DNA of 64,000 bases, taken from Pyrinomonadaceae bacterium. GTDB taxonomy: Bacteria; Acidobacteriota; Blastocatellia; Pyrinomonadales; Pyrinomonadaceae. How positions within the stretch are numbered: position 1 is the stretch's first letter; the number at the start of each line of letters is the position of its first letter. The DNA is taken from the NCBI GenBank assembly GCA_965247235.1, contig OZ252004.1, forward strand, positions 4,132,883 to 4,196,882, read 5' to 3'. Position numbers and translations under genes: made by a program. Under the pieces are notes generated by a model. That model was not told the DNA's origin and ran no database searches. It saw nothing but the letters and a program-made list of their open reading frames with translations. Below are positions 44,066 to 53,052 of the stretch, one piece after another.

Positions 44066-44842
44066 ATGAACAAAAAGGTCATTATCACAGGCGCGTCTTC
44101 GGGAATCGGCAAAGCATTGGCGTTTGAATTTGCGCGAAACGGTTTCGACCTTTATTTAACGGCGCGAAATGAAACCGCACTGCGCGAAATCGCTCAGGAA
44201 TGCGAACGAAAATTCAACATAAAAACCGAAATTTTTACTGCCGATTTATCCGACTTAACGACGATTGATGAATTAGTCAAACAGTTAGAAAATCGAAATT
44301 TCGATGTGCTGGTCAACAACGCGGGCTTTGCCGTCAAAGGCGATTTCGCCGAAACGGACATTGACGACGAACTGAAAATGCTCAATGTCCAACTTGCCGC
44401 GATGCTCAAATTAACGAAAGCCGTTTTGCCGAAAATGATCGCCGCCAAAAGCGGTAAAATCTTAAATGTCGCGTCGGTTTATTCGTTTGCGCCAGTCCCG
44501 AAACAGGCGGTTTACAGCGCGTCGAAAGCCTTTATCGCCAATTTTTCTTCCGCTCTGCAAGCCGAAGTCGCAGCTTCGGGAATTACCGTGACGCTGCTCT
44601 GTCCCGGCATTACCCAAACCGAATTTCGCACCCGCGCGGGCATTGCCGATAAAAAAAACGCCGGAATGACCGCCGCAAAAGTCGCCGAAATCGGTTTCCG
44701 CGAAACGATGCGCGGCACACATCTGGTCGTGCCGGGAACTCAAAACAAAATTTTTACTGCCGCCGCCAAACACATTCCGGCACAGATTTTTACATCGTTC
44801 GTCAGGTTTATCAATAATCGTCGCGGTGTTAACGGGAAATAA
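44066..44842 (+). CDS. Short-chain dehydrogenase/reductase (SDR), candidate acyl/alkyl-DHAP reductase
   Basis: TGASSGIGKALA cofactor motif, NNAG, YSASKAF catalytic Tyr-Lys. Confidence 0.8.
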   Translation: MNKKVIITGASSGIGKALAFEFARNGFDLYLTARNETALREIAQECERKFNIKTEIFTADLSDLTTIDELVKQLENRNFDVLVNNAGFAVKGDFAETDIDDELKMLNVQLAAMLKLTKAVLPKMIAAKSGKILNVASVYSFAPVPKQAVYSASKAFIANFSSALQAEVAASGITVTLLCPGITQTEFRTRAGIADKKNAGMTAAKVAEIGFRETMRGTHLVVPGTQNKIFTAAAKHIPAQIFTSFVRFINNRRGVNGK

Positions 44843-44853
44843 TTATTCACTTT

Positions 44854-45432
44854 ATGCACACCTTGGCTTTATTTTTTCTGCTTTTTTGTTCGCCGTCGGC
44901 TTTGATGGATTTTGCACTGCCGCAATGGGCGCAGGACGCAAATTTTCAGATTGAAGACGCTTATAAATGGATTTTTCAGGCGACGCGCGGCGGCGAACAC
45001 GCCGCGCCGAGCCGCGAAATGGCGCGTGAATATTTAAATGAAGAATGGCAAACGCTCGCCAAACCGTCGGCGGGCGAAGCGTTATGGCAGCCGCTCTGCG
45101 CTGACGGCGAAATCGGCAGGCTGAATCTCCGCCCGTTTCGCGCTCGCGGCGGAAACGCTGAAAAAGCGGCGGACGCATTCGTCAAAAGCAGTCTGGATTT
45201 TCAAGGCACGGAAAAAGATTTTCTCGCCGCGTGGCGCGAACTCGGCAAACGTCTGCGAAAAAAACGGCAGGGAAATCTCAGTTATAAAACCTGGCGACAT
45301 CTCGATTCGACAATGCGAAAACAAAAATATCCGGCGATTCATCACAGCAAAATCTACGAAGATTCCGAACATCCGGCGTATCGAATTCTCACCAAAGCGG
45401 AATTTGAAAAACTCTCCGCCGCGCTCAAATAA
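44854..45432 (+). CDS. Hypothetical secreted protein
   Basis: 192 aa. N-terminal hydrophobic signal-like segment MHTLALFFLLFCSPSALM. Confidence 0.4.
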   Translation: MHTLALFFLLFCSPSALMDFALPQWAQDANFQIEDAYKWIFQATRGGEHAAPSREMAREYLNEEWQTLAKPSAGEALWQPLCADGEIGRLNLRPFRARGGNAEKAADAFVKSSLDFQGTEKDFLAAWRELGKRLRKKRQGNLSYKTWRHLDSTMRKQKYPAIHHSKIYEDSEHPAYRILTKAEFEKLSAALK

Positions 45433-45572
45433 TCATTGCCGGTAAAATAAATAATTCCGGCGAAAGACTTGCTAAATATTCACGGTCAAGCTAAATTAAC
45501 GCAAGACTTTCAGACAATAAAACTCTTCCTTTGGCAGCACATTAAAAATTTTGGAGGCTTTGGTTTTCCGTT

Positions 45573-47924
45573 ATGGCTTTGAATCCATTTTTAGAGAAAT
45601 TTCGCCCGTATATTCCCGACGCAGTGACGAATATGCGCGAGTTGAGCGTTTTTCCGTTGATTGTCGGCACATTGCTCGGCATCGTTTTCGGCGCGTCGTC
45701 GCTGTATCTCGTGTTGAAAACCGGCTTGACCGTTTCGGCTTCGATTCCGGTCGCCGTGATTTCGATTACGCTCTTTCGACTGCTTTCAAAATTCGGTGCA
45801 AAGGACGCGACGATTCTGGAAAATAACATCGTCCAAACTGCCGGAAGCGCAGGCGAATCAATCGCGTTCGGGGTCGGCGTGACGATGCCCGCGATTATGA
45901 TTTTGGGATTCGATCTCGAATTCTGGCGCGTGATGCTCGTCGCGGTTTTGGGCGGACTTTTGGGGATTTTGATGATGATTCCGCTGCGCCGCGCCTTGAT
46001 TAAAGACCAGCACGGGATTTTGAAATACCCGGAAGGCACAGCCTGCGCTGAAGTTTTGAAGGCGGGCGCGTCGTCTGAATCTCGCGCCGTTGCCAACGAA
46101 TACGCCGACGTTAAAGTTTCCGAAACCGACGATTCGGCGTTGCAGGGCGGCAAAATTATCTCCATCGGCTTTCTCATCGGATTCGTTTACAACTCGCTGA
46201 TGCAGGTTTTTTCGTTTTGGAAGGACACGCCGGAAAAAGAATTTTCCGATTCGACGCTCAAAGGCGGTTCGATTTCGCTCGAAAACAATCCGGCTTTGCT
46301 CGGTGTCGGCTACATTATCGGTCCGTATATCGCCGGAATTATGATGGCTGGCGGCGTGCTGTCGTATATGGTTTTGATTCCGCTGATTAAATATTTCGGC
46401 GCGGGGTTAGCCGTGCCGCTTGCGCCGGAACTGGCGCGGACGATTGATTCGATGTCGCCCGGGCAGATTCGCGGCGCGTATATTTTGTATATCGGCGCGG
46501 GCGCGGTGGCGATGGGCGGAATGATTTCGCTCGCCAAATCGCTGCCGACGATCTGGCACGGTTTGAAGGGCGGAATTGCGGACTTACGCGGCGGCGGTGC
46601 GGAAGCCGACGGTTCGCATCTGCCGCGCACCGATCAGGATATTTCGATGAAATGGGTGGTCGTCGGCGTGTTGGGATTGATCGCCGCGATTATGCTTTTC
46701 CCGCAATTGGGTTTGAGCGTTTTTGCCAATCCGGTCGTCTCGTTTTTAGGCGCGATTCTGATTATCATTCTCGGCTTTTTGTTCGTCACCGTTTCGTCGC
46801 GTCTGACAGGCGAAGTCGGTTCGTCGTCGAATCCGATTTCGGGAATGACGGTTGCTACTTTGTTGATTACCTGTCTGGTTTTCTGGCTCTTGGGCTGGAC
46901 GAAACCCGATCCTTATTTCGTCACCGCGCTGAGTATCGGCGGCATCGTCTGTATCGCCGCATCAAACGGCGGCACGACTTCGCAGGATTTGAAAACGGGA
47001 TTTCTCGTCGGTTCGACTCCGCGCCGCCAGCAAATCGCCATTCTCGTCGGCGCACTCGGTTCGGCACTCGTTTTAGGTCCGCTGCTGATCTTTTTGAACA
47101 GTTCGCAGACGTATTATCAGAAGGTTGACCCGACTTCGCCGCTTGCCACTTATCAAGTCAGCGAACAGCAGCTTTTTCGCCAAAACGGACAGTTGCAGGC
47201 TGAACAGGTCGGCGGCAAATTCAAAACCGAAGACACCGCAACCTATCGCGTCTGGCAGAATACCGATCCGAAAGAAGGACAAATCGGCAAATATCTCGTC
47301 AATAATCAGGGGCAAGTCGTTTATTTCGTTGATCCGGGCATCAACGGCGTGATTAAAAAAGACGAAAACGGCAACGATCTGACGCGCTACGATGCGCCGA
47401 AAGCGACCTTGATGAGCTACATTATCAAAGGCGTTTTGGGGCAGAATCTGCCGTGGGGATTAGTCTTGATCGGCGCGATGATCGCCGTCGTGCTGGAACT
47501 TTCCGGTGCGCCCGCGCTCGCGTTTGCGGTCGGTTTGTATCTGCCGATTTCCACGTCCGCGCCGATTTTCGTCGGCGGTCTGGTGCGTTATTTCGTGGAT
47601 ATTTATCTTAAACGCAAACTCGCCAAACGCAATCTGACCGAAGACGAAGTGATCGCCGAAACGGATAAATCGAACGGCGTTCTGCTCGCCTCAGGCTACA
47701 TTGCAGGCGGCGCGATTGCGGGAATTTTGGTGGCGGTTTTCGCCGTCATTCCCGCGCTTGCCAATTTGCAGGATAGTTTCAAGAAATGGGCTGACACCGG
47801 CAATCCGTTTTTCAAAGGCGATTATTCCGACGTTCTCGGCACGATTCCGTTTATGATTCTGGCGTTGATTCTTTACTACGTCGGACGCGAATTGCTGCTC
47901 GCGGGTAAAAATAAAGTTGGGTGA
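45573..47924 (+). CDS. OPT-family oligopeptide transporter
   Basis: 783 aa polytopic protein. OPT signature (NIVQTAGSAGESIAFGVGVTMPAIMILGF). Confidence 0.8.
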   Translation: MALNPFLEKFRPYIPDAVTNMRELSVFPLIVGTLLGIVFGASSLYLVLKTGLTVSASIPVAVISITLFRLLSKFGAKDATILENNIVQTAGSAGESIAFGVGVTMPAIMILGFDLEFWRVMLVAVLGGLLGILMMIPLRRALIKDQHGILKYPEGTACAEVLKAGASSESRAVANEYADVKVSETDDSALQGGKIISIGFLIGFVYNSLMQVFSFWKDTPEKEFSDSTLKGGSISLENNPALLGVGYIIGPYIAGIMMAGGVLSYMVLIPLIKYFGAGLAVPLAPELARTIDSMSPGQIRGAYILYIGAGAVAMGGMISLAKSLPTIWHGLKGGIADLRGGGAEADGSHLPRTDQDISMKWVVVGVLGLIAAIMLFPQLGLSVFANPVVSFLGAILIIILGFLFVTVSSRLTGEVGSSSNPISGMTVATLLITCLVFWLLGWTKPDPYFVTALSIGGIVCIAASNGGTTSQDLKTGFLVGSTPRRQQIAILVGALGSALVLGPLLIFLNSSQTYYQKVDPTSPLATYQVSEQQLFRQNGQLQAEQVGGKFKTEDTATYRVWQNTDPKEGQIGKYLVNNQGQVVYFVDPGINGVIKKDENGNDLTRYDAPKATLMSYIIKGVLGQNLPWGLVLIGAMIAVVLELSGAPALAFAVGLYLPISTSAPIFVGGLVRYFVDIYLKRKLAKRNLTEDEVIAETDKSNGVLLASGYIAGGAIAGILVAVFAVIPALANLQDSFKKWADTGNPFFKGDYSDVLGTIPFMILALILYYVGRELLLAGKNKVG

Positions 47925-48121
47925 TGTCTTTATCGGACAACCGGAAAAGATAAATATTAACCGCAAAAAAACACAAAAGAGCAATTCTTTTTTGCGTCTT
48001 TTTGCGGCAATCATTTCTTAAAAACCCGTCAAAGACGTAAATCCACAAAATGACTGTGAATTGTGTGTGTGCGAACTTTGACGGCTTTCTTTATTTAAAT
48101 TTTAACGGCGGCGAAAATTTT

Positions 48122-49642
48122 ATGACCGAAAATTTTATTTACGATGAACTTCCGTATCCGAGTTACATATTTCCGCAGACGCATCCCGATAATTTGGCGA
48201 CGATTGCGAAAATGCACGGGATGAATCCGGCGAAGATCAACGACTGCCGCGTTTTGGAACTCGGCTGCGGTGACGGAAGTAATTTGAATTCAATCGCTTA
48301 CAGTTTGCCGTCGAGCCGTTTTGTCGGTGTTGATCTGTCGGTCAAACATATTGACGATGCGAACAAAGCGGTCGCAGAAATCGGTCTGCAAAACGTCGAA
48401 TTTTACGCGCAGGATGTTTTGGAGATCAACGCCGCCAATTTCGGCAAGTTCGATTACATCATCGCGCACGGACTTTTTTCGTGGGTGCCTGATTTTGTCC
48501 GCGCGAAAATCCGGCGTATCTACAGCGAAATGCTCGATGAAAACGGTGTCGGCTACATTTCCTACAACGCTTTTCCGGGTTGCCATCTGCGAAATCTGAC
48601 GCGGGAAATGATGCGTTTTCACGTCCGGGAAATCAAAGAACCGCTCGAACAGGTCGAATCGTCGCTGAAATTTCTCGAATTTTTAAGCGAAAATGTCGAA
48701 GATAAAAGTTTTTACGGGGAAATCGTCAGACAGGAATTTTCGAATATCGCCGAACGCAGCCGCGAAAATATTTTTCACGACGATTTGTCGGAAATTAATC
48801 AGCCGTTTTATTTTACCGATTTTATCAGCGAAGCCGAAAAAAACGATTTGCAGTTTCTCTCCGAAGCCGAAGTTTTTTCATCGCAGACTTTTCATTTGCC
48901 GCCGAAAGCGCAGGAATTGCTCGCGGGTTTCGGCGATGACGTGATAAAAATCGAGCAATATCTTGATTTTATCAAAGGTCGCCGTTTCAGGCAGACGCTT
49001 TTGTGTCATCAAAACATCAAAATCCGACGCGAAATGCCGCCTGAAATTATTCGTGAATTTTATCTCTCCTCGGCGGTCAAACCCGTTTTGCCCGAAATAA
49101 ATCTCGAACCGCAAATCGTCGAAACATTTACATCGGCTAAAAATGTTACTTTCCAGATTGACCACTCGCTGACCAAAGCCGCGCTCGATTATTTAGGCGG
49201 AATTTGGACAAACAGCGTAAGTTTTGATGATTTAATGACCGAATCCGTCAGAATCTTGGCGGAAAAACAAATCATTGCAACCGGCGAAGATGTCGAAGCG
49301 GCGGCGGCAATGCTGTTTCGTCTTTACGGTGCAAATTTTGTCAAACTCCGCACTATTGCGCCGCGTTTCACTCCCGACATCAGCGATCATCCGAAAGTCA
49401 GCGATTTTGCCCGCTGGCAGGCGCGGCGCGGGCAAACGGTGACGACCCTGAGCGGATTAAACTTTTCGCTCGAAAATGATTTAATCCGGCAAATGCTCGT
49501 GCTGCTTGACGGCGAAAATTCTCCCGAATCGGTTTTGAATAAATTAAAAATGATGTCCGATCAGGAATCCGCCGCCGATATAGACGAACTTTTCAAAGAA
49601 AATCTTTTACAGATAGCAAAAAGCGGTTTACTGATCGCGTAA
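48122..49642 (+). CDS. Class I SAM-dependent methyltransferase with long C-terminal (methyltransferase-regulatory-type) domain
   Basis: Motif I VLELGCGDGSN, IIAHGLFSWVP. Start at MTENF (48122). Confidence 0.6.
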   Translation: MTENFIYDELPYPSYIFPQTHPDNLATIAKMHGMNPAKINDCRVLELGCGDGSNLNSIAYSLPSSRFVGVDLSVKHIDDANKAVAEIGLQNVEFYAQDVLEINAANFGKFDYIIAHGLFSWVPDFVRAKIRRIYSEMLDENGVGYISYNAFPGCHLRNLTREMMRFHVREIKEPLEQVESSLKFLEFLSENVEDKSFYGEIVRQEFSNIAERSRENIFHDDLSEINQPFYFTDFISEAEKNDLQFLSEAEVFSSQTFHLPPKAQELLAGFGDDVIKIEQYLDFIKGRRFRQTLLCHQNIKIRREMPPEIIREFYLSSAVKPVLPEINLEPQIVETFTSAKNVTFQIDHSLTKAALDYLGGIWTNSVSFDDLMTESVRILAEKQIIATGEDVEAAAAMLFRLYGANFVKLRTIAPRFTPDISDHPKVSDFARWQARRGQTVTTLSGLNFSLENDLIRQMLVLLDGENSPESVLNKLKMMSDQESAADIDELFKENLLQIAKSGLLIA

Positions 49643-50065
49643 TTTTCACTTGCGAAATGATTATACGACTATCCTGAATAACCTCTTTTCTGCGAATCAG
49701 ATATAAAATTTAGCGACACCGCGTCAGCGTGTCGTTAATTTGTTCACATTTTTATCAGCCGATTTGCCGGCGAAAAAATCTACTGTCGTCTGCCAACAGA
49801 CTCTAAATCCTTGTTATCAACGACTACAGGTTTCGCTCTGCTCCGCCTGTAGCTCAAATCCAACGTCCGCAAACGGACTTATTTAGGAAAGATGTCTATT
49901 GAATTTTTTATTTGAAATTGAAGTAAAATATTGTTTTACGTTTTGCCCCGCATAGCGTATAATGAAAATCAACGAGCCGCGAATTCTCCGGCTGCGTCCT
50001 TCCAAAAGTCGTCCGGCTTTTAATCTTTTAACATTACATCCCGATTTTTCAGGCTATTAAAATAA

Positions 50066-50968
50066 ATGCTTCAATTTAAATCATTCGTGTCTGTGCCGTT
50101 TTTTTTACTGTTTATTTCGGCGTTGATTTTGAGCGGCTGCGCGGTCGAAGCCGCCAAACAAAAATCAGCCGAAATAAATGTGCCGGTCGAAAAAAACATT
50201 CTTTCGGATGCCGTTCAAACGAGCGGCAAAACGGCTGAAAATCCGGTTTCAGCCGGAAAAATCGAGATTAAGCCGAATTCGCCGGCGGAAACGGTCAGCG
50301 CATTTTTTGCCCATTTGCGCGAAAAGCGTTTCCGCGAGGCGATACTTTTAACCAATCTGCGTCCGGCGGTCGAAGGTTTGACCGAAGCCGAATTGCAGGA
50401 TTTACAGGTTGATTTCGAATCGCTGGCGCAGGAAGTTTCGCCGCAAATCTCGATTAACGGCGAAGCCGTCTCAGGCGACAAAGCGACGGTGATGGCGAAA
50501 ATTCCCGATGTGCAGACGGGCAAAAACGATATTCAGACATTTAGTTTGCGAAAAAAAGACAATTACTGGACGATTTTAACGGTTGACGAAAAAGCGGAAA
50601 AAGTAATTCAGAAACAGGGCAAAAATTATTTTTTCAATCTGCGGCTCGAAACGCATCAAACCGAAGCGAAAAAAGTGGTCGAAAAAATTTCCCAATCCGA
50701 GATGATATATTCACTGCAAAACGGCGGCGTTTACGCTGATTTGCCGACGCTTTTGTCCAAAGGTCTGATTTCCGAAGATTCCCTGGCGGCGCAAAACGGT
50801 TATAATTTCGCCGTCGCCGTTTCCGATGACGGCAAATCTTACCGCACGGCGGCAATTCCGTCGGAATACGGCAAAACCGGCAAACTTTCCTATTCGTTCG
50901 AGATCGGCGAAAAAATCAAGCCGAAGATGCTTGAAAAAGACAACGGCGGACAAATATTGGTGAATTAA
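50066..50968 (+). CDS. Lipoprotein, hypothetical
   Basis: Signal plus lipobox LILSGC. 300 aa. Confidence 0.55.
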   Translation: MLQFKSFVSVPFFLLFISALILSGCAVEAAKQKSAEINVPVEKNILSDAVQTSGKTAENPVSAGKIEIKPNSPAETVSAFFAHLREKRFREAILLTNLRPAVEGLTEAELQDLQVDFESLAQEVSPQISINGEAVSGDKATVMAKIPDVQTGKNDIQTFSLRKKDNYWTILTVDEKAEKVIQKQGKNYFFNLRLETHQTEAKKVVEKISQSEMIYSLQNGGVYADLPTLLSKGLISEDSLAAQNGYNFAVAVSDDGKSYRTAAIPSEYGKTGKLSYSFEIGEKIKPKMLEKDNGGQILVN

Positions 50969-51071
50969 ACCGTTTCTCAAGAAAAAATGTTGTGCTTTTG
51001 CCGAAAAAGGTTTATAAAATGTTCTTGACCCCTAGAGTTTTACCGGATTTTCAACGATCAATTTATAAAAA

Positions 51072-51536
51072 ATGATACGAAAGCTGATTTCCAAATTAAG
51101 CAGATCGCTGAATGAGCGCGTAGTGTCTCCGCGCAAAGATTTTCATATTCCGATAAAAATCCGGCTCGAACCGGATCGCCATACCGGGAGATTGGAAATG
51201 CCGACCGAGCCTTTGACGATCACCGGCGAAACCAGCGATATGAGCAAAACGGGCATCGGTTTTATCGTTGCGTCAGTTCGCATCAAGGAAAAATATCTGG
51301 TCGGCGAAGGCAATCTGCTCAATGCCGAACTGGATTTGAGCGGCGCAAAGGTGCAGATGCAGATCATCGGGCGGCGGTATATTCAGGTCGGGCAACACGT
51401 TTCGACGGATCGGTTTTTAATCGGCGCACAAATCGTTAAAATGAAAACGGCTGACCGCGAAGTTTACGAAAAATTTCTGATGAATAATCGCAAAAAAATC
51501 AAAGCAAATCTGACGCTCGGAATTGATGAAGGCTGA
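51072..51536 (+). CDS. PilZ-like domain protein (candidate c-di-GMP receptor)
   Basis: DxSxxG motif (SDMSKTGIGF) and upstream R-rich motif (RSLNERVVSPRKD). Confidence 0.45.
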   Translation: MIRKLISKLSRSLNERVVSPRKDFHIPIKIRLEPDRHTGRLEMPTEPLTITGETSDMSKTGIGFIVASVRIKEKYLVGEGNLLNAELDLSGAKVQMQIIGRRYIQVGQHVSTDRFLIGAQIVKMKTADREVYEKFLMNNRKKIKANLTLGIDEG

Positions 51537-51660
51537 TTTAACAGCGAGATATTTAACGGCATTGCAGATCGTCTGAAAAATCATTTAAAATCAAACGGGC
51601 GCGGGGAAATTAAATTTTCCGCGCTTTTTTCTTTTGTGCATTCGTGCTTTAATTTTCGCT

Positions 51661-52743
51661 ATGAAGGAAACAGTCGGAATCGGTTTTATCGGCACGGGTT
51701 TTGCGCGAAAGGTGCAGATTCCGGCGTTTTTGCGGTGTGAAAATGTCGAAATCGCGTCGGTCGCAAGCGGCAGTTTGGCGAATGCGGAAAGCACGGCGCG
51801 GGAATTTAACATTCCGCATTTTACCGACGATTGGCGCGAAACGATTGACAGCGAAAATGTGGATTTGGTCTGCATCACCACGCCGCCAGCACAACATTTC
51901 GAGCAGACTTTGTATGCGATTGAGCGCGGCAAGCATATTTTAGGCGAAAAACCGATGGCGATGAATGCTTCGGAAGCGGAAGAAATGACCGCGAAAGCCG
52001 CCGAAAAAGGCATTCTCGCGCTGATTGACCACGAATTGCGGTTTCAAAACGGCAGACAAAAAGCCTTTCAAATGCTGCGCGATAACGCAATCGGAAAAGT
52101 TCGCCACGCACGTTACACGTTCCGCAATCCGCAGCGCGGCGACGCGAATATCAAATGGAATTGGTGGTCGGACAAAATGCAGGGCGGCGGCGCGTTGGGC
52201 GCAATCGGTTCGCACATTATTGATTCACTTTTGTGGCTGACCGGCGCGGAAATTTCCGAAATTTTCTGCCAACTGCAAACTCACGTCAAACAGCGCAGAG
52301 ACGCAAGCGATGATTTAAAGGAAGTTTCGACCGACGACGAATTTAATTTAATTTTGCGTTTTGCCGACGGCGATTTGACTGAAGATGCGACCGGCAGCGT
52401 CTCGGTTTCGATGGTCGAATACCCCGATTATCAGCATTTTGTCGAATTCAGCGGCACACGCGGCGCGATGCGAATCGGCTACAAAGGTGAACTTTTTATT
52501 AGTGAAGGCGCAAATAATTGGCGCGAAATCGAAACTAAAATCGGCAGCGGCGTGGACGGCGTTTTCGATTCGGGTTTTCCGGGCGGATTTGTCGCCTTTG
52601 CGCCGAAAATCGTCGAAGCGATTCGTCAAGGCGCAGCCGAAATCAAACACGCCGCGACGTTTGCCGACGGCTTAAAAGTTCAAAAAGTAATTGACGCGGC
52701 GCACGAATCCAATGAAAAAGGAATGTTGGTCAAGGTCAAATAA
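51661..52743 (+). CDS. Gfo/Idh/MocA-family NAD(P)-dependent oxidoreductase
   Basis: N-terminal Rossmann GIGFIGTGFARKVQIPAF, EKPMA motif. Confidence 0.8.
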   Translation: MKETVGIGFIGTGFARKVQIPAFLRCENVEIASVASGSLANAESTAREFNIPHFTDDWRETIDSENVDLVCITTPPAQHFEQTLYAIERGKHILGEKPMAMNASEAEEMTAKAAEKGILALIDHELRFQNGRQKAFQMLRDNAIGKVRHARYTFRNPQRGDANIKWNWWSDKMQGGGALGAIGSHIIDSLLWLTGAEISEIFCQLQTHVKQRRDASDDLKEVSTDDEFNLILRFADGDLTEDATGSVSVSMVEYPDYQHFVEFSGTRGAMRIGYKGELFISEGANNWREIETKIGSGVDGVFDSGFPGGFVAFAPKIVEAIRQGAAEIKHAATFADGLKVQKVIDAAHESNEKGMLVKVK

Positions 52744-53052
52744 AACACGGATTTGGCGGATTTGGCGAATTTACCGGAATTGAAAAAAACTGTGAAAATC
52801 TGCTTAACCCGTAAAATCCGTGTTCCGTTTTTATAAGTATGAAAAACTCTTAAAAATCATTCAGCGATTTGAAGTTCGATAAAAACAAACTCACTTTTGT
52901 TGAAAACTGACGAATTAGATAGAATTGGACAAATCTGATGATTTATCTCCCTCAAAAGTTTATTATCGAATTAATCAGACATAATTCGACTAAAATATGA
53001 CTGCAAAAACCGGGATGTTATCAAACTCAACTTCCGAAAATCTGATTTTTTA

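Noticed and set aside
49643-50065. A possible tRNA or structured RNA in the 420-bp intergenic region upstream of the lipoprotein gene
   Set aside because: No tRNA cloverleaf is present (no T-arm GTTCRANYC, no acceptor pairing). Only short imperfect hairpins were seen.
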